A stretch of DNA of 64,000 nt from Alistipes shahii (GCA_963598795.1 CAVBUY010000003.1:31198-95197); one strand, 5' to 3'. Positions 1 through 10,171 are shown, counted from the stretch's first letter. Made by a program: numbers and translations. Notes: generated from the sequence alone by a model not told the origin.

Positions 1-1
1 C

Positions 2-319
2 CAATCCAAATCCAAGACGGAATACGGAATGAACGCCGGGGCAGACAGAGACGACCCGGCCTATGAATTGGTTAAGAATGCAGTCATGCATTACGAATAT
101 TATTCGATGAGCAAAATGAATAGGGAATTCCATTTCGGATATAGCAGATCCGGAAAGATATTCCAATGGCTCAAAGAAGACGGGATAATCGAAGATGACG
201 ATAACAAAGCCAATTCAAGAGGCTGCAAGGTATTGATTAGGATAAATGACGAAATGGAAAATCCCGGCTCTTCCGACAATTCCGATTTTACCCCTTCATC
301 CGACCCTTACGATTATTGA
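2..319 (+). CDS. FtsK/SpoIIIE-family DNA translocase, C-terminal gamma (winged-helix) end; 5' part lies outside the window
   Basis: Frame is open from the window edge to the ATG at 29. The tail SMSKMNREFHFGYSRSGKIFQWLKEDGII...SRGCKVLI resembles the FtsK gamma wHTH pattern. Confidence 0.45.
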   Translation, partial: QSKSKTEYGMNAGADRDDPAYELVKNAVMHYEYYSMSKMNREFHFGYSRSGKIFQWLKEDGIIEDDDNKANSRGCKVLIRINDEMENPGSSDNSDFTPSSDPYDY

Positions 320-384
320 TCCATCCGCTTGCAACCGGTGGTCAAAATAGATGAAACTGCCCCTAACAATTAGGAGAATTTTGA

Positions 385-666
385 ATGATTTCATCAGTGT
401 TCGTTTCCGGCCGTTTGGGAGAGAAGCTTTCCTCAAACCTCAGATATGTGGAAGTAGATCGCCCGATTCCAGAAAACGGCAAATTTGTGACCGATTCTTT
501 TTTGGTCAAATCCCAATCTTACGAGAGCAGCCCTTTTTTAAGGGAACCGAATGGATCTTATATATGCTTCAAAGGAAGAATCGAAAAAGACAAAACGCAT
601 GGTTTCCTCATAGTTATCGAAATCGATGAGATGTATAGATTTCCGGAAGGTACGAGGCGAATATGA
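385..666 (+). CDS. hypothetical small protein (93 aa)
   Basis: ORF preceded by AGGAG 7 nt upstream of the ATG. Preferred over the overlapping 351..629 ORF, which has no RBS. No family recognised. Confidence 0.4.
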   Translation: MISSVFVSGRLGEKLSSNLRYVEVDRPIPENGKFVTDSFLVKSQSYESSPFLREPNGSYICFKGRIEKDKTHGFLIVIEIDEMYRFPEGTRRI

Positions 667-736
667 CTTTTAAAGACAACAAAGAAGTCTTTAAGCCTTA
701 TCAAATAGAGGCATATGCGATACACTATGTTCCGTT

Positions 737-1531
737 ATGAAGAAAATAATTTTGAGACTATTGAGGTTTTTGCCCCGAATATTGTTCACCTTTGCCTTTT
801 ATATTTCTAGATATGCCAGACATCCGGAAAAGTATCCGATGGAAGTTAGATATGCCAGATTGAGGAAATTGATCGTAAAAATCATCGACAGCTTCCATAT
901 CGACCACAAGGTCGAAGGGGAAGAGAATTTAACGAACTTGCAAAACGGGAACGAGAAATTCTTGATTGTCGGGAACCATTTGGCTTCCATCGATCCCTTG
1001 CTTTATATTTACCATTCTGAAAAGCCCATCACATTCGTAGCCAAAAAAGAATTAGAAAAAGTCCCATTGGTCGGAAAGGCCATAAAATCGATAAGCGGGA
1101 TGTTTTTAGATCGCGAAAATCTTAGAAGTAGCATCGCTATTATCAAAAACGTCGAGCATTTGATAAAAGACAACATCACGTCCGTGGCTATCTTCCCCGA
1201 AGGCACCAGAAACAAAAACCCAGAAGGGAAATTGCCGGAATTCCATGGCGGGACCTTTAAGCCCGCGATGCGTCTGAATTGCCCCGTTTTGCCGGTTTCC
1301 TCCTATGGCTCTCAATATATATTGGATAGGAAAGCGAAGCGCATCCCTTACGAAATAGCCTTTTTGCCGCCGATTTACGCCAAGGATTTCTCTGACGACA
1401 ATTCTATTTCCTTAGCTAGCAAAGCCCATGACATCATCGCCGAAAAGATGTATGAGCAAAGAGAAGAAAACATTCTCTTCTATAACGAAGGGAAAGACAA
1501 AATCCCGATGAGAAAGGGGAATGTCCGCTAA
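737..1531 (+). CDS. plsC: 1-acyl-sn-glycerol-3-phosphate acyltransferase
   Basis: Acyltransferase HX4D block (VGNHLASIDP) and FPEGTRN block. Confidence 0.85.
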   Translation: MKKIILRLLRFLPRILFTFAFYISRYARHPEKYPMEVRYARLRKLIVKIIDSFHIDHKVEGEENLTNLQNGNEKFLIVGNHLASIDPLLYIYHSEKPITFVAKKELEKVPLVGKAIKSISGMFLDRENLRSSIAIIKNVEHLIKDNITSVAIFPEGTRNKNPEGKLPEFHGGTFKPAMRLNCPVLPVSSYGSQYILDRKAKRIPYEIAFLPPIYAKDFSDDNSISLASKAHDIIAEKMYEQREENILFYNEGKDKIPMRKGNVR

Positions 1532-1616
1532 AACGAAAAAACGGAGGGCGACCATCGGTTTTCTTTTCGCTTTGAGAAAAGATAGATTATTCCTTAATAA
1601 TTCAGATAGATTTATT

Positions 1617-1650
1617 AAAAAAGATAAGCTCGGCGCTTATCTTTTTCGTT
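1617..1650. terminator. bidirectional rho-independent terminator between convergent plsC and the rRNA methyltransferase gene
   Basis: 9-bp stem aagataagc/gcttatctt (1621-1629 / 1635-1643) with a 5-nt loop, an A-run before and a T-run after. Confidence 0.6.
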
Positions 1651-1651
1651 T

Positions 1652-2956
1652 TTACCATTTTATCTCTACGGTGGAAGGAATCCTTAGTCCCTTTGGATAA
1701 TGGTTTTTGGCTACACCTTTGGTGACTTTCACATATCCGAGGTTTTGCTCATCATATGAAACGATGTAGAATCCGTCGGGTTTGCTGGTCGGGAACGATA
1801 ATCCATGAACGTAGGCTTCCGCTTCCTCTTTGCTGACCCTCCAAGAATAATCGGGGCTTAAGAAATGGGTAAGGTGATGATCGGGGATATAAACATCCCT
1901 CAATTCGAACAATTTGACGCCATAACGGAGAACGTTTAAGTGAGAGACGTCAAAATGCTGATAAAGCGAATAGAATTTCGATCTCATCATCTCGTTGCTT
2001 CTGTCTTCCAAATTGTAATCCGCGACGAATTGCTTATAACGCTGGTTGGAAAGTATTTCCCTCTTATCTTTGATAAGGGTTCCAGGTTTCTTAAACAAGC
2101 AAATGAATTGGCCTTCTCCCTCAAATCTCGAAGGGAAAAGATGAATCGCTTCCGGAAGGAGAGAGGAACGATAGAAAGAATCGTCGTGTTTTAAACCGAT
2201 GAATTCGATTTCCGGATGCGATTTCTTAAAGGAAAGCATTACTTCTTCGTCTTCTTCCGCATTGAAGGAACAAGTGGAATAAGCCAAAGTTCCGCCTTCT
2301 TTTAACATTTCGTAAGCCAATTCGAGCAATTCCAATTGCCTGCGGGAACAAGAAACGACTTTCTCATATTTCCAATCTTTTTTGGCTTCTTCGTTTTTCC
2401 TGATCATCGCCGATCCGGAACAAGGGGCGTCCAAGATTATCTTATCGAAGGTATTTTTGAAATGAATGTAGGAAAACACGAAGTCGTTGGAGGCGACTAT
2501 TATGTTTCCGCGTCCCATTCTTTCGATATTTTGCGACAAAGCCTTGGCTCTTGGATAAGAAATATCGTTGGCGATAATGCAGCCTTTGTCATTCATGGCC
2601 AAGCTCGCCCCGATGGTTTTCCCGCCCGGTGCGGCGCACATATCCAAAACGATGTCGTCTTCTTCTGGCTTAAGGAAATAAACAACCATCATCGCGGAAG
2701 GATCTTCAATGGAAATAACGCCGTTTTCATATAACATGGTTTTCCCGAATTCATATTCGTTCTTATCATATAAATAAGCGTGTTCGATGAAAGGATGTTT
2801 CTTTACGTTAGGATATCGTCTGACGAATTCCTCGTCTGACATTTTCTTGGTGTTTAGCAAAAGACCATGGGTCACTTTGCCGTTAGATATGGCCGATAGA
2901 AGCTTTTCCGCTTCATCTTTTGGCAAATACGCATTTAAAGATTCGAAGAATTCCAT
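1652..2956 (-). CDS. RsmB/RsmF-family (NOL1/NOP2/Sun) rRNA cytosine-C5 methyltransferase
   Basis: SAM-binding DMCAAPGGKT and catalytic Cys blocks ILDAPCSGSAMIRK and TLAYSTCSF. Start placed at the internal Met (MEFFESL, 2956) because the longer ORF to 3079 overlaps pdp. Confidence 0.8.
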   Translation of the reverse strand: MEFFESLNAYLPKDEAEKLLSAISNGKVTHGLLLNTKKMSDEEFVRRYPNVKKHPFIEHAYLYDKNEYEFGKTMLYENGVISIEDPSAMMVVYFLKPEEDDIVLDMCAAPGGKTIGASLAMNDKGCIIANDISYPRAKALSQNIERMGRGNIIVASNDFVFSYIHFKNTFDKIILDAPCSGSAMIRKNEEAKKDWKYEKVVSCSRRQLELLELAYEMLKEGGTLAYSTCSFNAEEDEEVMLSFKKSHPEIEFIGLKHDDSFYRSSLLPEAIHLFPSRFEGEGQFICLFKKPGTLIKDKREILSNQRYKQFVADYNLEDRSNEMMRSKFYSLYQHFDVSHLNVLRYGVKLFELRDVYIPDHHLTHFLSPDYSWRVSKEEAEAYVHGLSFPTSKPDGFYIVSYDEQNLGYVKVTKGVAKNHYPKGLRIPSTVEIKW

Positions 2957-3005
2957 AATGGAATTATAATAGATTTCATCAAGAATTTGTAGAGGGCATC
3001 TATTT

Positions 3006-4307
3006 ATGAGAATGTTGGATATAATCGAGAAAAAACGCGACGGCAAGGAATTAAGCAAAGAAGAAATAGGCTTTTTCATTAACGGATACGTAAAAGGAGA
3101 TATCCCAGATTATCAGGCCTCGGCTTTGTGCATGGCCATCCTTTGGAGGGGAATGAACGGCAAAGAAACCTCCTTATTGACGGATTTTATGATGCATTCT
3201 GGAGACATAATCGATTTATCCGACATCAAAGGCATAAAAGCCGACAAACATTCCACTGGCGGAGTAGGGGATAAAACCTCTTTGGCGGTAGGTCCCATAG
3301 TCGCCGCTTGCGGTGGATTAATGGCCAAACTCTCGGGCCGTGGATTGGGGCATACCGGCGGAACGCTGGACAAGTTGGAATCCATACCGGGCTTAAGAGT
3401 AGATTTGAGCGAAGAAGACTTCAAAAAGCAGGTAAAAGAGATAGGAATTGCCATAATCGGCCAAACCGCCGAACTAGATCCCGCCGACAAAAAACTATAT
3501 GCGCTAAGAGACGTGACTGGCACTGTCCCGGCCATTCCCTTGATCGCCTCTTCGATAATGTCAAAGAAATTGGCCACCGGATCGGATGCCATTTTATTGG
3601 ACGTCAAAGTCGGGGACGGAGCCTTTATGAAAGACTTGGAATCCGCTGAAGAATTGACGAAATTGATGGTTGAAATAGGAACGCATTTAGGTAGGAAAGT
3701 CGCCGCCGAGCTAACCAATATGGATGAGCCCTTGGGTTTGGCTATCGGAAACTCCTTGGAAGTCAAGGAAGCCATCGAAACGCTTAAAGGAAACGGGCCA
3801 AAAGACTTCAAAGAATTAGTTTATGAATCCGCCGCCAAGATATTGGTCATGTCTGAGATATATAAAGATAAGAAAGAGGCTCTAGAAGGAGTCAAAGAAG
3901 TCATTAAAAACGGAAAAGCTTTGAAAAAGTTCGCCGAGATGGTCGCTTATCAACATGGCGATGCCTCTTATATATTTAATCCCGATAAATTCAAAGTCGC
4001 CGATCATATAATCCCCGTCATTTCCGATAAAGAGGGATATGTGACGAAGATAGATTGCATGGCCATTGGCATCGCGGCTATGAAATTAGGGGCCGGCAGG
4101 GAAACCATGGAAGATATCATCGATCCCGCCGCCGGCATAATGCTTAAAAAGAAAGTTGGGGATTTCGTAAACAAAGGTGACATATTGGCTTATGCCCATA
4201 GCGAAAAGAACGATATCGATTCAGTCATTGATGATATAAGAGACTGCTTCCATTTAAGCGAAAACATGCCGGAAGTTAAGCCAATCATTCTAAAAGAGGT
4301 CGGATAA
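3006..4307 (+). CDS. pdp: pyrimidine-nucleoside (thymidine) phosphorylase
   Basis: N-terminus MxMLDIIEKKRDGKEL, the DKHSTGGVGDKTS phosphate-binding block, and 433 aa length. Confidence 0.9.
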   Translation: MRMLDIIEKKRDGKELSKEEIGFFINGYVKGDIPDYQASALCMAILWRGMNGKETSLLTDFMMHSGDIIDLSDIKGIKADKHSTGGVGDKTSLAVGPIVAACGGLMAKLSGRGLGHTGGTLDKLESIPGLRVDLSEEDFKKQVKEIGIAIIGQTAELDPADKKLYALRDVTGTVPAIPLIASSIMSKKLATGSDAILLDVKVGDGAFMKDLESAEELTKLMVEIGTHLGRKVAAELTNMDEPLGLAIGNSLEVKEAIETLKGNGPKDFKELVYESAAKILVMSEIYKDKKEALEGVKEVIKNGKALKKFAEMVAYQHGDASYIFNPDKFKVADHIIPVISDKEGYVTKIDCMAIGIAAMKLGAGRETMEDIIDPAAGIMLKKKVGDFVNKGDILAYAHSEKNDIDSVIDDIRDCFHLSENMPEVKPIILKEVG

Positions 4308-4760
4308 ATGAGGGTCGTTGTCCAAGAAGTAAAATACGCCTCGGTAACGGTGGATAATGTGAAAATCGCCTCGATAAATAGAGGCTTTCTCTTATTCGTC
4401 GGCTTCGATTCAAACGATGATGAAAATATTCTTCCAAAGATGGCGGACAAAATCGTCAAATTGAGGATTTTCCCCGACGAAAACGGGAAAACCAACCTTT
4501 CGTTAAAGGACGTTGACGGCGAAATATTGTCGGTTTCACAATTCACGTTGTATGCTTCCTTGAAAGACGGAAACCGCCCATCTTTCGTAAATGCGATGCG
4601 TCCGGAATTTGCTAAGCCATTATTTGATAAATGGAACGAAATATTGAAAGAGAGATTTAATAAGCTTCAAACTGGCATATTCGGGGCCGATATGAAGGTC
4701 GAACTCTTGAATGACGGTCCTTTTACCCTTATCTTAGATAGCCGGGAATTGTTCAAATGA
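4308..4760 (+). CDS. dtd: D-aminoacyl-tRNA deacylase
   Basis: 150 aa with SQFTLYA...GNRPSF and C-terminal NDGPFT blocks. Starts 1 nt after the pdp stop. Confidence 0.9.
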   Translation: MRVVVQEVKYASVTVDNVKIASINRGFLLFVGFDSNDDENILPKMADKIVKLRIFPDENGKTNLSLKDVDGEILSVSQFTLYASLKDGNRPSFVNAMRPEFAKPLFDKWNEILKERFNKLQTGIFGADMKVELLNDGPFTLILDSRELFK

Positions 4761-5884
4761 AAGTTTTGATTGGATTATCTGGCGGGGTAGATTCCGCCAT
4801 CGCCGCCTACAAATTGAAAAAGCAAGGCTATGAAGTGACTGGCTGCTTTATGCGCAACTGGGATGCTTTAGCCAATGGCGATTACTTGGGAAACCCGACG
4901 ATCAACGATTCCCAATGCCCACAAGAAAAAGATTATGACGACGCGGTCAAGGTCGCCGAGAAATTGGGAATCGAATTGCTTCGCATAGATTTCGTCAAGG
5001 AATATTGGGATTCGGTTTTCGAATATTTCCTCTCTGAATACAAAAAAGGCCGTACCCCAAACCCCGACATCCTTTGCAACAAACACATCAAATTCGATTC
5101 TTTTTTGTCTTTTGCCAAAGAAAAGGGTTTTGATTATATAGCCATGGGGCATTATGCCAAAAAAGTTAACGTAAACGGTCACACCTATCTTTCCAAGCCT
5201 TTGGATTCAAAGAAAGACCAAACTTATTTCTTGTGCGCCTTAAATGAAAATCAGATAGCTTCCTGTTTGTTTCCGATGGAAGACATCACCAAAGTGGAAG
5301 CCAGAAAAATTGCTGAGGAACTAGGACTAGACGAAGTCGCGAATAAGCACGGATCGACCGGAATATGTTTTATCGGAGAGAGAAATTTCAGGCAATTTCT
5401 TCAAAATTATTTTCCCGCCACAAAAGGCAAAATAGTTGATATAGAAACAAACCAGGTTTTAGGCGAACATCAAGGAGTCCTTTATTATACCTTGGGACAA
5501 CGTCACGGACTTGGCATCGGTGGTGTCAAAGGCATGGAAGCGTCTCCATTTTTCGTTTGCAAAAAGGATGTCGAAAATAACATTCTCTATGTGGCCAATG
5601 GATCTGAAGATGAACACCTTAATTCGGATGAATGCGTCGTTACCGACATAAATTGGGTCGGCCCACGTCCGGAAGAAGAGATCGAGTTGTTCGTCAAATT
5701 CCGCTATCGTCAGCCAGATCATCCAGCCAAATTGATCCTAGAAGGAGATATAGCTAAACTGAGCTATCCTCCATTCAAAGCCGTGACCCCTGGACAATTC
5801 GCCGCCTTCTATGATAAAGATGGCAAACTTCTTGGCGGAGGCATCATCGATAAGACGCTTTATTTAAAGAAGAGAGTCGGCTAA
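4757..5884 (+). CDS. mnmA: tRNA 2-thiouridine(34) synthase
   Basis: PP-loop GLSGGVDS, TPNPDILCN and ICFIGER blocks. ATGA overlap with dtd. Confidence 0.92.
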   Translation: MKVLIGLSGGVDSAIAAYKLKKQGYEVTGCFMRNWDALANGDYLGNPTINDSQCPQEKDYDDAVKVAEKLGIELLRIDFVKEYWDSVFEYFLSEYKKGRTPNPDILCNKHIKFDSFLSFAKEKGFDYIAMGHYAKKVNVNGHTYLSKPLDSKKDQTYFLCALNENQIASCLFPMEDITKVEARKIAEELGLDEVANKHGSTGICFIGERNFRQFLQNYFPATKGKIVDIETNQVLGEHQGVLYYTLGQRHGLGIGGVKGMEASPFFVCKKDVENNILYVANGSEDEHLNSDECVVTDINWVGPRPEEEIELFVKFRYRQPDHPAKLILEGDIAKLSYPPFKAVTPGQFAAFYDKDGKLLGGGIIDKTLYLKKRVG

Positions 5885-5905
5885 GCCGGCTCTTTCTTTT
5901 TCTTT
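5874..5905 (+). terminator. rho-independent terminator of mnmA
   Basis: 8-bp stem gagtcggc/gccggctc (one G-U pair) spanning the stop codon, followed by tttctttttctttt. Confidence 0.55.
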
Positions 5906-5914
5906 TACGCGCGT

Positions 5915-6108
5915 GTATTATTTCTACGGAAGCTAAGTCCATCATAGAGAGGGCCGCATAATGGAAAGGCCTATGGGCACGCCACTTCCCTTAGTTAGTG
6001 AGCAATGTCACCGCATCCGGCGTTAACGGAAAAAGTGAGACGCACCGAAAGTGAAGAAGGATGGTACCGCGCAGCCAAGCGTTCCTTCGTTGGGGCGTTT
6101 TTGTTTTC
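5915..6108 (+). promoter_or_regulatory. T-box leader (tRNA-sensing riboswitch) controlling alaS
   Basis: Stem-I AGAGAG element at about 5946. T-box core gaaggaTGGTACCGCGc at about 6053-6071, followed by a short hairpin and a tttttgtttt run, then the RBS. Candidate Ala specifier GCC at 5981-5983, followed by A and a helix-closing cttcc. Confidence 0.7.
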
Positions 6109-6121
6109 TAAGGAGAGTTTT

Positions 6122-8719
6122 ATGAAACCATTATCGGGCCACGAAATCCGCCAACGTTGGATTTCTTTCTTCGAATCGAAAGGGCATAAATACATACCGG
6201 GAGTCTCTCTGATTCCGAAAGATGACCCATCTTTGCTTTGGGTAAACGCCGGTGTCACGGGATTGAAAAAATATTTCGACGGATCGGAAATCCCTCCCTG
6301 CCGTCGCATAGTCAACGTCCAAAAATCCATCCGCACAAACGATATAGAAAACGTCGGGCATACGGCTAGGCACCACACATTCTTCGAAATGCTTGGAAAT
6401 TTTTCCATTGGTGATTATTTCAGAAAGGAAGTCATCGCTTGGGCCAAAGAGATATTGACGGATGAGGAAAAGGGATTTGGGCTCCCTTTGGAAAAGCTTT
6501 ACGCGACCTATAATCCCAGCGATTTGGAATCCAAGCAATATTGGATTGAAAACGGCTTTTTGCCAGACCATCTCATTCCCTTAGAAGGCAATTATTGGCA
6601 AATCGGCGAAGGGCCATGCGGACCCAATACCGAGGTTTTCTTTGACCGTGGGGAAAAATATGATCCTAAAGGTTTGGGGGACCGTTTGCTTAGGGAAGAT
6701 ATGGAAAACGACCGCTACATCGAAATATGGGGCATCGTTTTCTCTCAATATAACGCGGTTAACGGCGTTCCTCGTGATCAATATAAGGAGCTTCCTTCCA
6801 AAAACATCGATACCGGCGCCGGATTGGAGCGAATCGCCTGCGTTTTGCAAGGCACCGATACCAATTTCGAAACCGATTTGTTCACTCCGATAATCAAGGA
6901 AATGGAAAAAATCTGCCATAAGCCTTATGAAGGAGAAAACCTTATGTCTTATAGGGTAATCGCGGATCATGCGAGATGCCTTACCTTTGCTTTGGGAGAT
7001 GGGGCTTCCTTCTCTAATGAAGGACGCGGATATGTTTTAAGACGCATCATCAGACGCGCCATGAGATATGGCAAAAAGCTAGGCGTACATGAGCCTTTCA
7101 TGTATAAGCTCATCAATGTCGTCGCCGACAATTACAAGGACTTCTATCCTTCTTTGGCTTCTAGCTTAGAAGAGACTTCCAAGGCCGTAAAGGAAGAAGA
7201 AATGAAATTTATCCGCACCTTGGAATCTGGCGAGGCGTTATTAAGGGAAAGGCTAAAAGAAAAGAAAGACATCTCCGGCAAGGAAGCCTTTAGGCTTTAC
7301 GATACCTATGGCTTCCCCTTTGATCTAACGGAAGAAATAGCCGCCGAATCCGGCCTCAAAGTCGACAAAGACGGATTTGAGAAGGAAATGGAAGAACAAA
7401 GGGAAAGAGCCAGAAACGCCCGTGGGGAAATCGATTCATTTAACAAACAAAGCAAGGACTTGATGGCGTTTGATAAAGAATCCGTCTTCGATTACGATAA
7501 TGATTCATCCGTTTCGAAAGTCATTGGCTTATTTGTCGACGGCGTAAGCGTGGACGAAATAGACAATGAAGGCGACGTCATATTCTCTATTACGCCTTGC
7601 TACGCCGAGATGGGCGGACAAGTAAGCGATAAAGGGAAAGTCCATAACGACGATGTCGAAGGGGGTATCCTTTATGTCGGCAAAGCCCCGAGAGGTCAGC
7701 ATTTGCATCATGTGAAAATAAGCAAAGGCAAATTGAAGAAGGGTTCTACTATTACCGTTGACATAGATTCGAATAGACGCCGCTTGATCGAAAGAAACCA
7801 TTCGGCCACCCATTTGCTCCATGCGGCTTTAAGTGAAATATTGGATGGTCATATTTCCCAAAAGGGAAGCTTCGTTAACGAAGACTATCTCCGCTTCGAT
7901 TTCTCATCGAATAGAAAATTGACCAAGGATGAAATTAAGAGCCTTGAAAAGATAGTCAATGAGAAGATATTCGATGGCATTAAGGAAAAGACCGAAGTTT
8001 TGCCGATAGAGAAAGCCAAGGAAATCGGGGCCGAAATGGAATTCTCCGAGAAATATGGAGATTTCGTCCGCGTGGTCGAATTCTCTTCTTTCTCCAAGGA
8101 ATTCTGCGGCGGCACGCATGTCAAAAACACCTCGGAAATCGGCTTATTTGTCATCGAAAGTGAAGAAGCCATCGCCTCTGGCGTAAGACGCATTCAAGCT
8201 AGGACTTCTTCGGGAGCCTTGAATTACATCAATTCCCGTTTGTCTATCTTAGACAAAGCCGAGGAAGCCTATAATGGCGGCGACGTCGACTTATTGAACA
8301 AAATAGAAAAAGGCAAGAGCGAAACGGAAGAGTTAAAAATTGAGAACCGTTCGTTAAAAGACAAATTGTCCTCTTTGGAAGCCAAGTCGATATCGATTGA
8401 GGAAATTAACGGCGTAAGCTTCTACGGAGTCATAAAAGAAGGCGAAAGCCGCGAATCTTTGCTAAGCTTAGGCGATACCTTGAAAGCCAATAAGAAGGAT
8501 TACCTTTTCCTTCTTCTCGGCGGAGAGGGTTCTACCCGCCCATTTGTAGTCCTATCAGGCGGCATAGCCAAAGAAAAATGCCCGGCTGGAGGCTTGATAA
8601 AAGAAGCGGCGGCTATACTTGGCGGCGGTGGAGGGGGAAAACCCGACATGGCCAGCGGACAGCTTAAATCCAAAGAAGGGTTCGACGCTTTCTTAAATAA
8701 CGTCAAAAAGAGATTATAA
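6122..8719 (+). CDS. alaS: alanine--tRNA ligase
   Basis: MKPLSGHEIRQRWISFFESKGH N-terminus with AAGGAG RBS. HxxxH/CGGTH editing-domain zinc motifs and a C-terminal GGGGGGK block. The ORF-track start at 6005 reads through the T-box leader. Confidence 0.95.
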   Translation: MKPLSGHEIRQRWISFFESKGHKYIPGVSLIPKDDPSLLWVNAGVTGLKKYFDGSEIPPCRRIVNVQKSIRTNDIENVGHTARHHTFFEMLGNFSIGDYFRKEVIAWAKEILTDEEKGFGLPLEKLYATYNPSDLESKQYWIENGFLPDHLIPLEGNYWQIGEGPCGPNTEVFFDRGEKYDPKGLGDRLLREDMENDRYIEIWGIVFSQYNAVNGVPRDQYKELPSKNIDTGAGLERIACVLQGTDTNFETDLFTPIIKEMEKICHKPYEGENLMSYRVIADHARCLTFALGDGASFSNEGRGYVLRRIIRRAMRYGKKLGVHEPFMYKLINVVADNYKDFYPSLASSLEETSKAVKEEEMKFIRTLESGEALLRERLKEKKDISGKEAFRLYDTYGFPFDLTEEIAAESGLKVDKDGFEKEMEEQRERARNARGEIDSFNKQSKDLMAFDKESVFDYDNDSSVSKVIGLFVDGVSVDEIDNEGDVIFSITPCYAEMGGQVSDKGKVHNDDVEGGILYVGKAPRGQHLHHVKISKGKLKKGSTITVDIDSNRRRLIERNHSATHLLHAALSEILDGHISQKGSFVNEDYLRFDFSSNRKLTKDEIKSLEKIVNEKIFDGIKEKTEVLPIEKAKEIGAEMEFSEKYGDFVRVVEFSSFSKEFCGGTHVKNTSEIGLFVIESEEAIASGVRRIQARTSSGALNYINSRLSILDKAEEAYNGGDVDLLNKIEKGKSETEELKIENRSLKDKLSSLEAKSISIEEINGVSFYGVIKEGESRESLLSLGDTLKANKKDYLFLLLGGEGSTRPFVVLSGGIAKEKCPAGGLIKEAAAILGGGGGGKPDMASGQLKSKEGFDAFLNNVKKRL

Positions 8720-8729
8720 AGGAGAAGTT

Positions 8730-8993
8730 ATGAAAGACATCTTGGACAACACCATCGTAATCGCCGACGACAACGGCGAGGAGCAAACTTGGAAAATCCT
8801 CTTCTATTACGAAAATGAGGAAAGGGGACGCACCTACTATTTCATCTATCAAGACGAGGATCCCGACAATCTAACGGTCGTGGCTTCAGACGGCGGAGAC
8901 GAGCTTCTTATCCCTTCCAAAGAGGAATTGGAAGAAGCCGCGGAAGTCTTGAAAACCTACGAAGACGACCCGAAGATAAACGAAATTAAATAA
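8730..8993 (+). CDS. DUF1292/UPF0473-family small acidic protein
   Basis: 87 aa and acidic, with a DDNGEE...YYFIY pattern. Lies downstream of alaS, as the yrzB-type gene does in Bacilli. AAGGAG RBS. Confidence 0.65.
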   Translation: MKDILDNTIVIADDNGEEQTWKILFYYENEERGRTYYFIYQDEDPDNLTVVASDGGDELLIPSKEELEEAAEVLKTYEDDPKINEIK

Positions 8994-9053
8994 AGTTTCT
9001 TTGTAAAAAGAAAGACTTTGTCTATAATTGCTACGAGCTAAAGGAAAATTTTT

Positions 9054-9536
9054 ATGGCAGAAGATAAGATAATCATGACCCGAGAGGGCATGGAAAAACT
9101 CGAAAAAGAATACAGGCACCTATTGGACGTCGAACGTCCGGAAGTGGTCGAACAATTGGTTCAGGCCCGTTCCCAAGGCGACCTTTCCGAAAACGCCGAT
9201 TACGACGCGGCCAGAAACCGTCAGGCCCAAATCGAGCGCCGCATCTCTGAAATCGAACATATCAAAGACCATGCAGAGATCGTCGAAACCAAATCCGGCA
9301 GCAAGAAAATCAACCTCGGAAATTTGGTTGATTACACAAATGAAAAGGGCGAGGATTTGCAAGTGAGAATCGTTGGCACAATCGAGGCCAACCCCTTTGC
9401 CGAAATCCCTTCCGTTTCCGATCAGTCGGCCTTAGGAAGATCTTTGATCGGGCATGTGGCCGGAGATAAGGTCATCGTCGAATGCGACGAACCATACGAA
9501 ATAATCATCAAAAAGGTTTCCGTTTGGGATAAATAA
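9054..9536 (+). CDS. greA: transcription elongation factor GreA
   Basis: 160 aa with MTREGMEKLEKEYRHL...GDLSENADYDAAR coiled-coil motifs. Confidence 0.92.
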   Translation: MAEDKIIMTREGMEKLEKEYRHLLDVERPEVVEQLVQARSQGDLSENADYDAARNRQAQIERRISEIEHIKDHAEIVETKSGSKKINLGNLVDYTNEKGEDLQVRIVGTIEANPFAEIPSVSDQSALGRSLIGHVAGDKVIVECDEPYEIIIKKVSVWDK

Positions 9537-9545
9537 TGAAAGATG

Positions 9546-9570
9546 AGGCTCCAACGAGCCTTTTTCTTTT
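9546..9570 (+). terminator. rho-independent terminator of greA
   Basis: Stem aggctc/gagcct, loop caac, then tttttctttt. Confidence 0.6.
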
Positions 9571-9619
9571 AAATGTAAAATAACGAGCCTCTTATCTATA
9601 TCTAGATAGGAGGTTTTTC

Positions 9620-10171
9620 ATGATCAAAATAATCATCATCGCCTTAGTGGTCACCTTGGTTGGAATCGTTGGATTCGCCACGGCTGAAAAAGCCAGAAAC
9701 GATTTAATCAACGACTCTGGCAATTCCACGTCATATGAAGAAGACAACATCGTCGTCACCATCACCGGGGAAGTGGTAAAAAACTATCCAAACGGCGGAA
9801 GCTATTCCTTGCCTTTGGAATCAACCCTCTTGGATTTGATTTTGGCCGCGGGAGGCGCAACCACGAACGCCGATCCAAAAGCCTATGATTCCGACTTCAT
9901 TTTGGAAAATAAGATGGCTTTTTATATCGCCCCGCTTTACGACAACACCAACACCTGTTCGACCGAGCCCATCCAAAAAGTCAACATCAATACCGGAAAC
10001 AAGGAATCCCTTATGGAAATCGGGGCAATAGGATCGACCATCGCGTCCTCGATAATTTCCTATCGCGAGGAAAACGGGTCTTTCAATCGCATAGAGGAAT
10101 TGAAAAACGTCTCTGGTATAGGAAATGCGACATTCGAGAAGATCAAGAATTTCGTTCAGATTTTCGAATAA
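9620..10171 (+). CDS. comEA: ComEA-family DNA-binding competence protein
   Basis: N-terminal TM helix and C-terminal helix-hairpin-helix (LKNVSGIGNATFEKIKNF). AGGAGG RBS. Confidence 0.8.
   Translation: MIKIIIIALVVTLVGIVGFATAEKARNDLINDSGNSTSYEEDNIVVTITGEVVKNYPNGGSYSLPLESTLLDLILAAGGATTNADPKAYDSDFILENKMAFYIAPLYDNTNTCSTEPIQKVNINTGNKESLMEIGAIGSTIASSIISYREENGSFNRIEELKNVSGIGNATFEKIKNFVQIFE

Noticed and set aside
351-629. 92-aa ORF overlapping the 385..666 ORF in another frame
   Set aside because: It has no RBS and an Arg/Phe-rich composition typical of an off-frame read. The 385 start has AGGAG at proper spacing.
6005-6121. 39-codon N-terminal extension of alaS in the ORF track
   Set aside because: The extension reads through the T-box core and terminator. 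The real start, with an RBS and the conserved AlaRS N-terminus, is at 6122.
8621-8637. G-rich run ggcggcggtggaggggg as a potential G-quadruplex or slippage tract
   Set aside because: It encodes the conserved GGGGGG(K) loop of the AlaRS C-terminal domain and is not a pure homopolymer.
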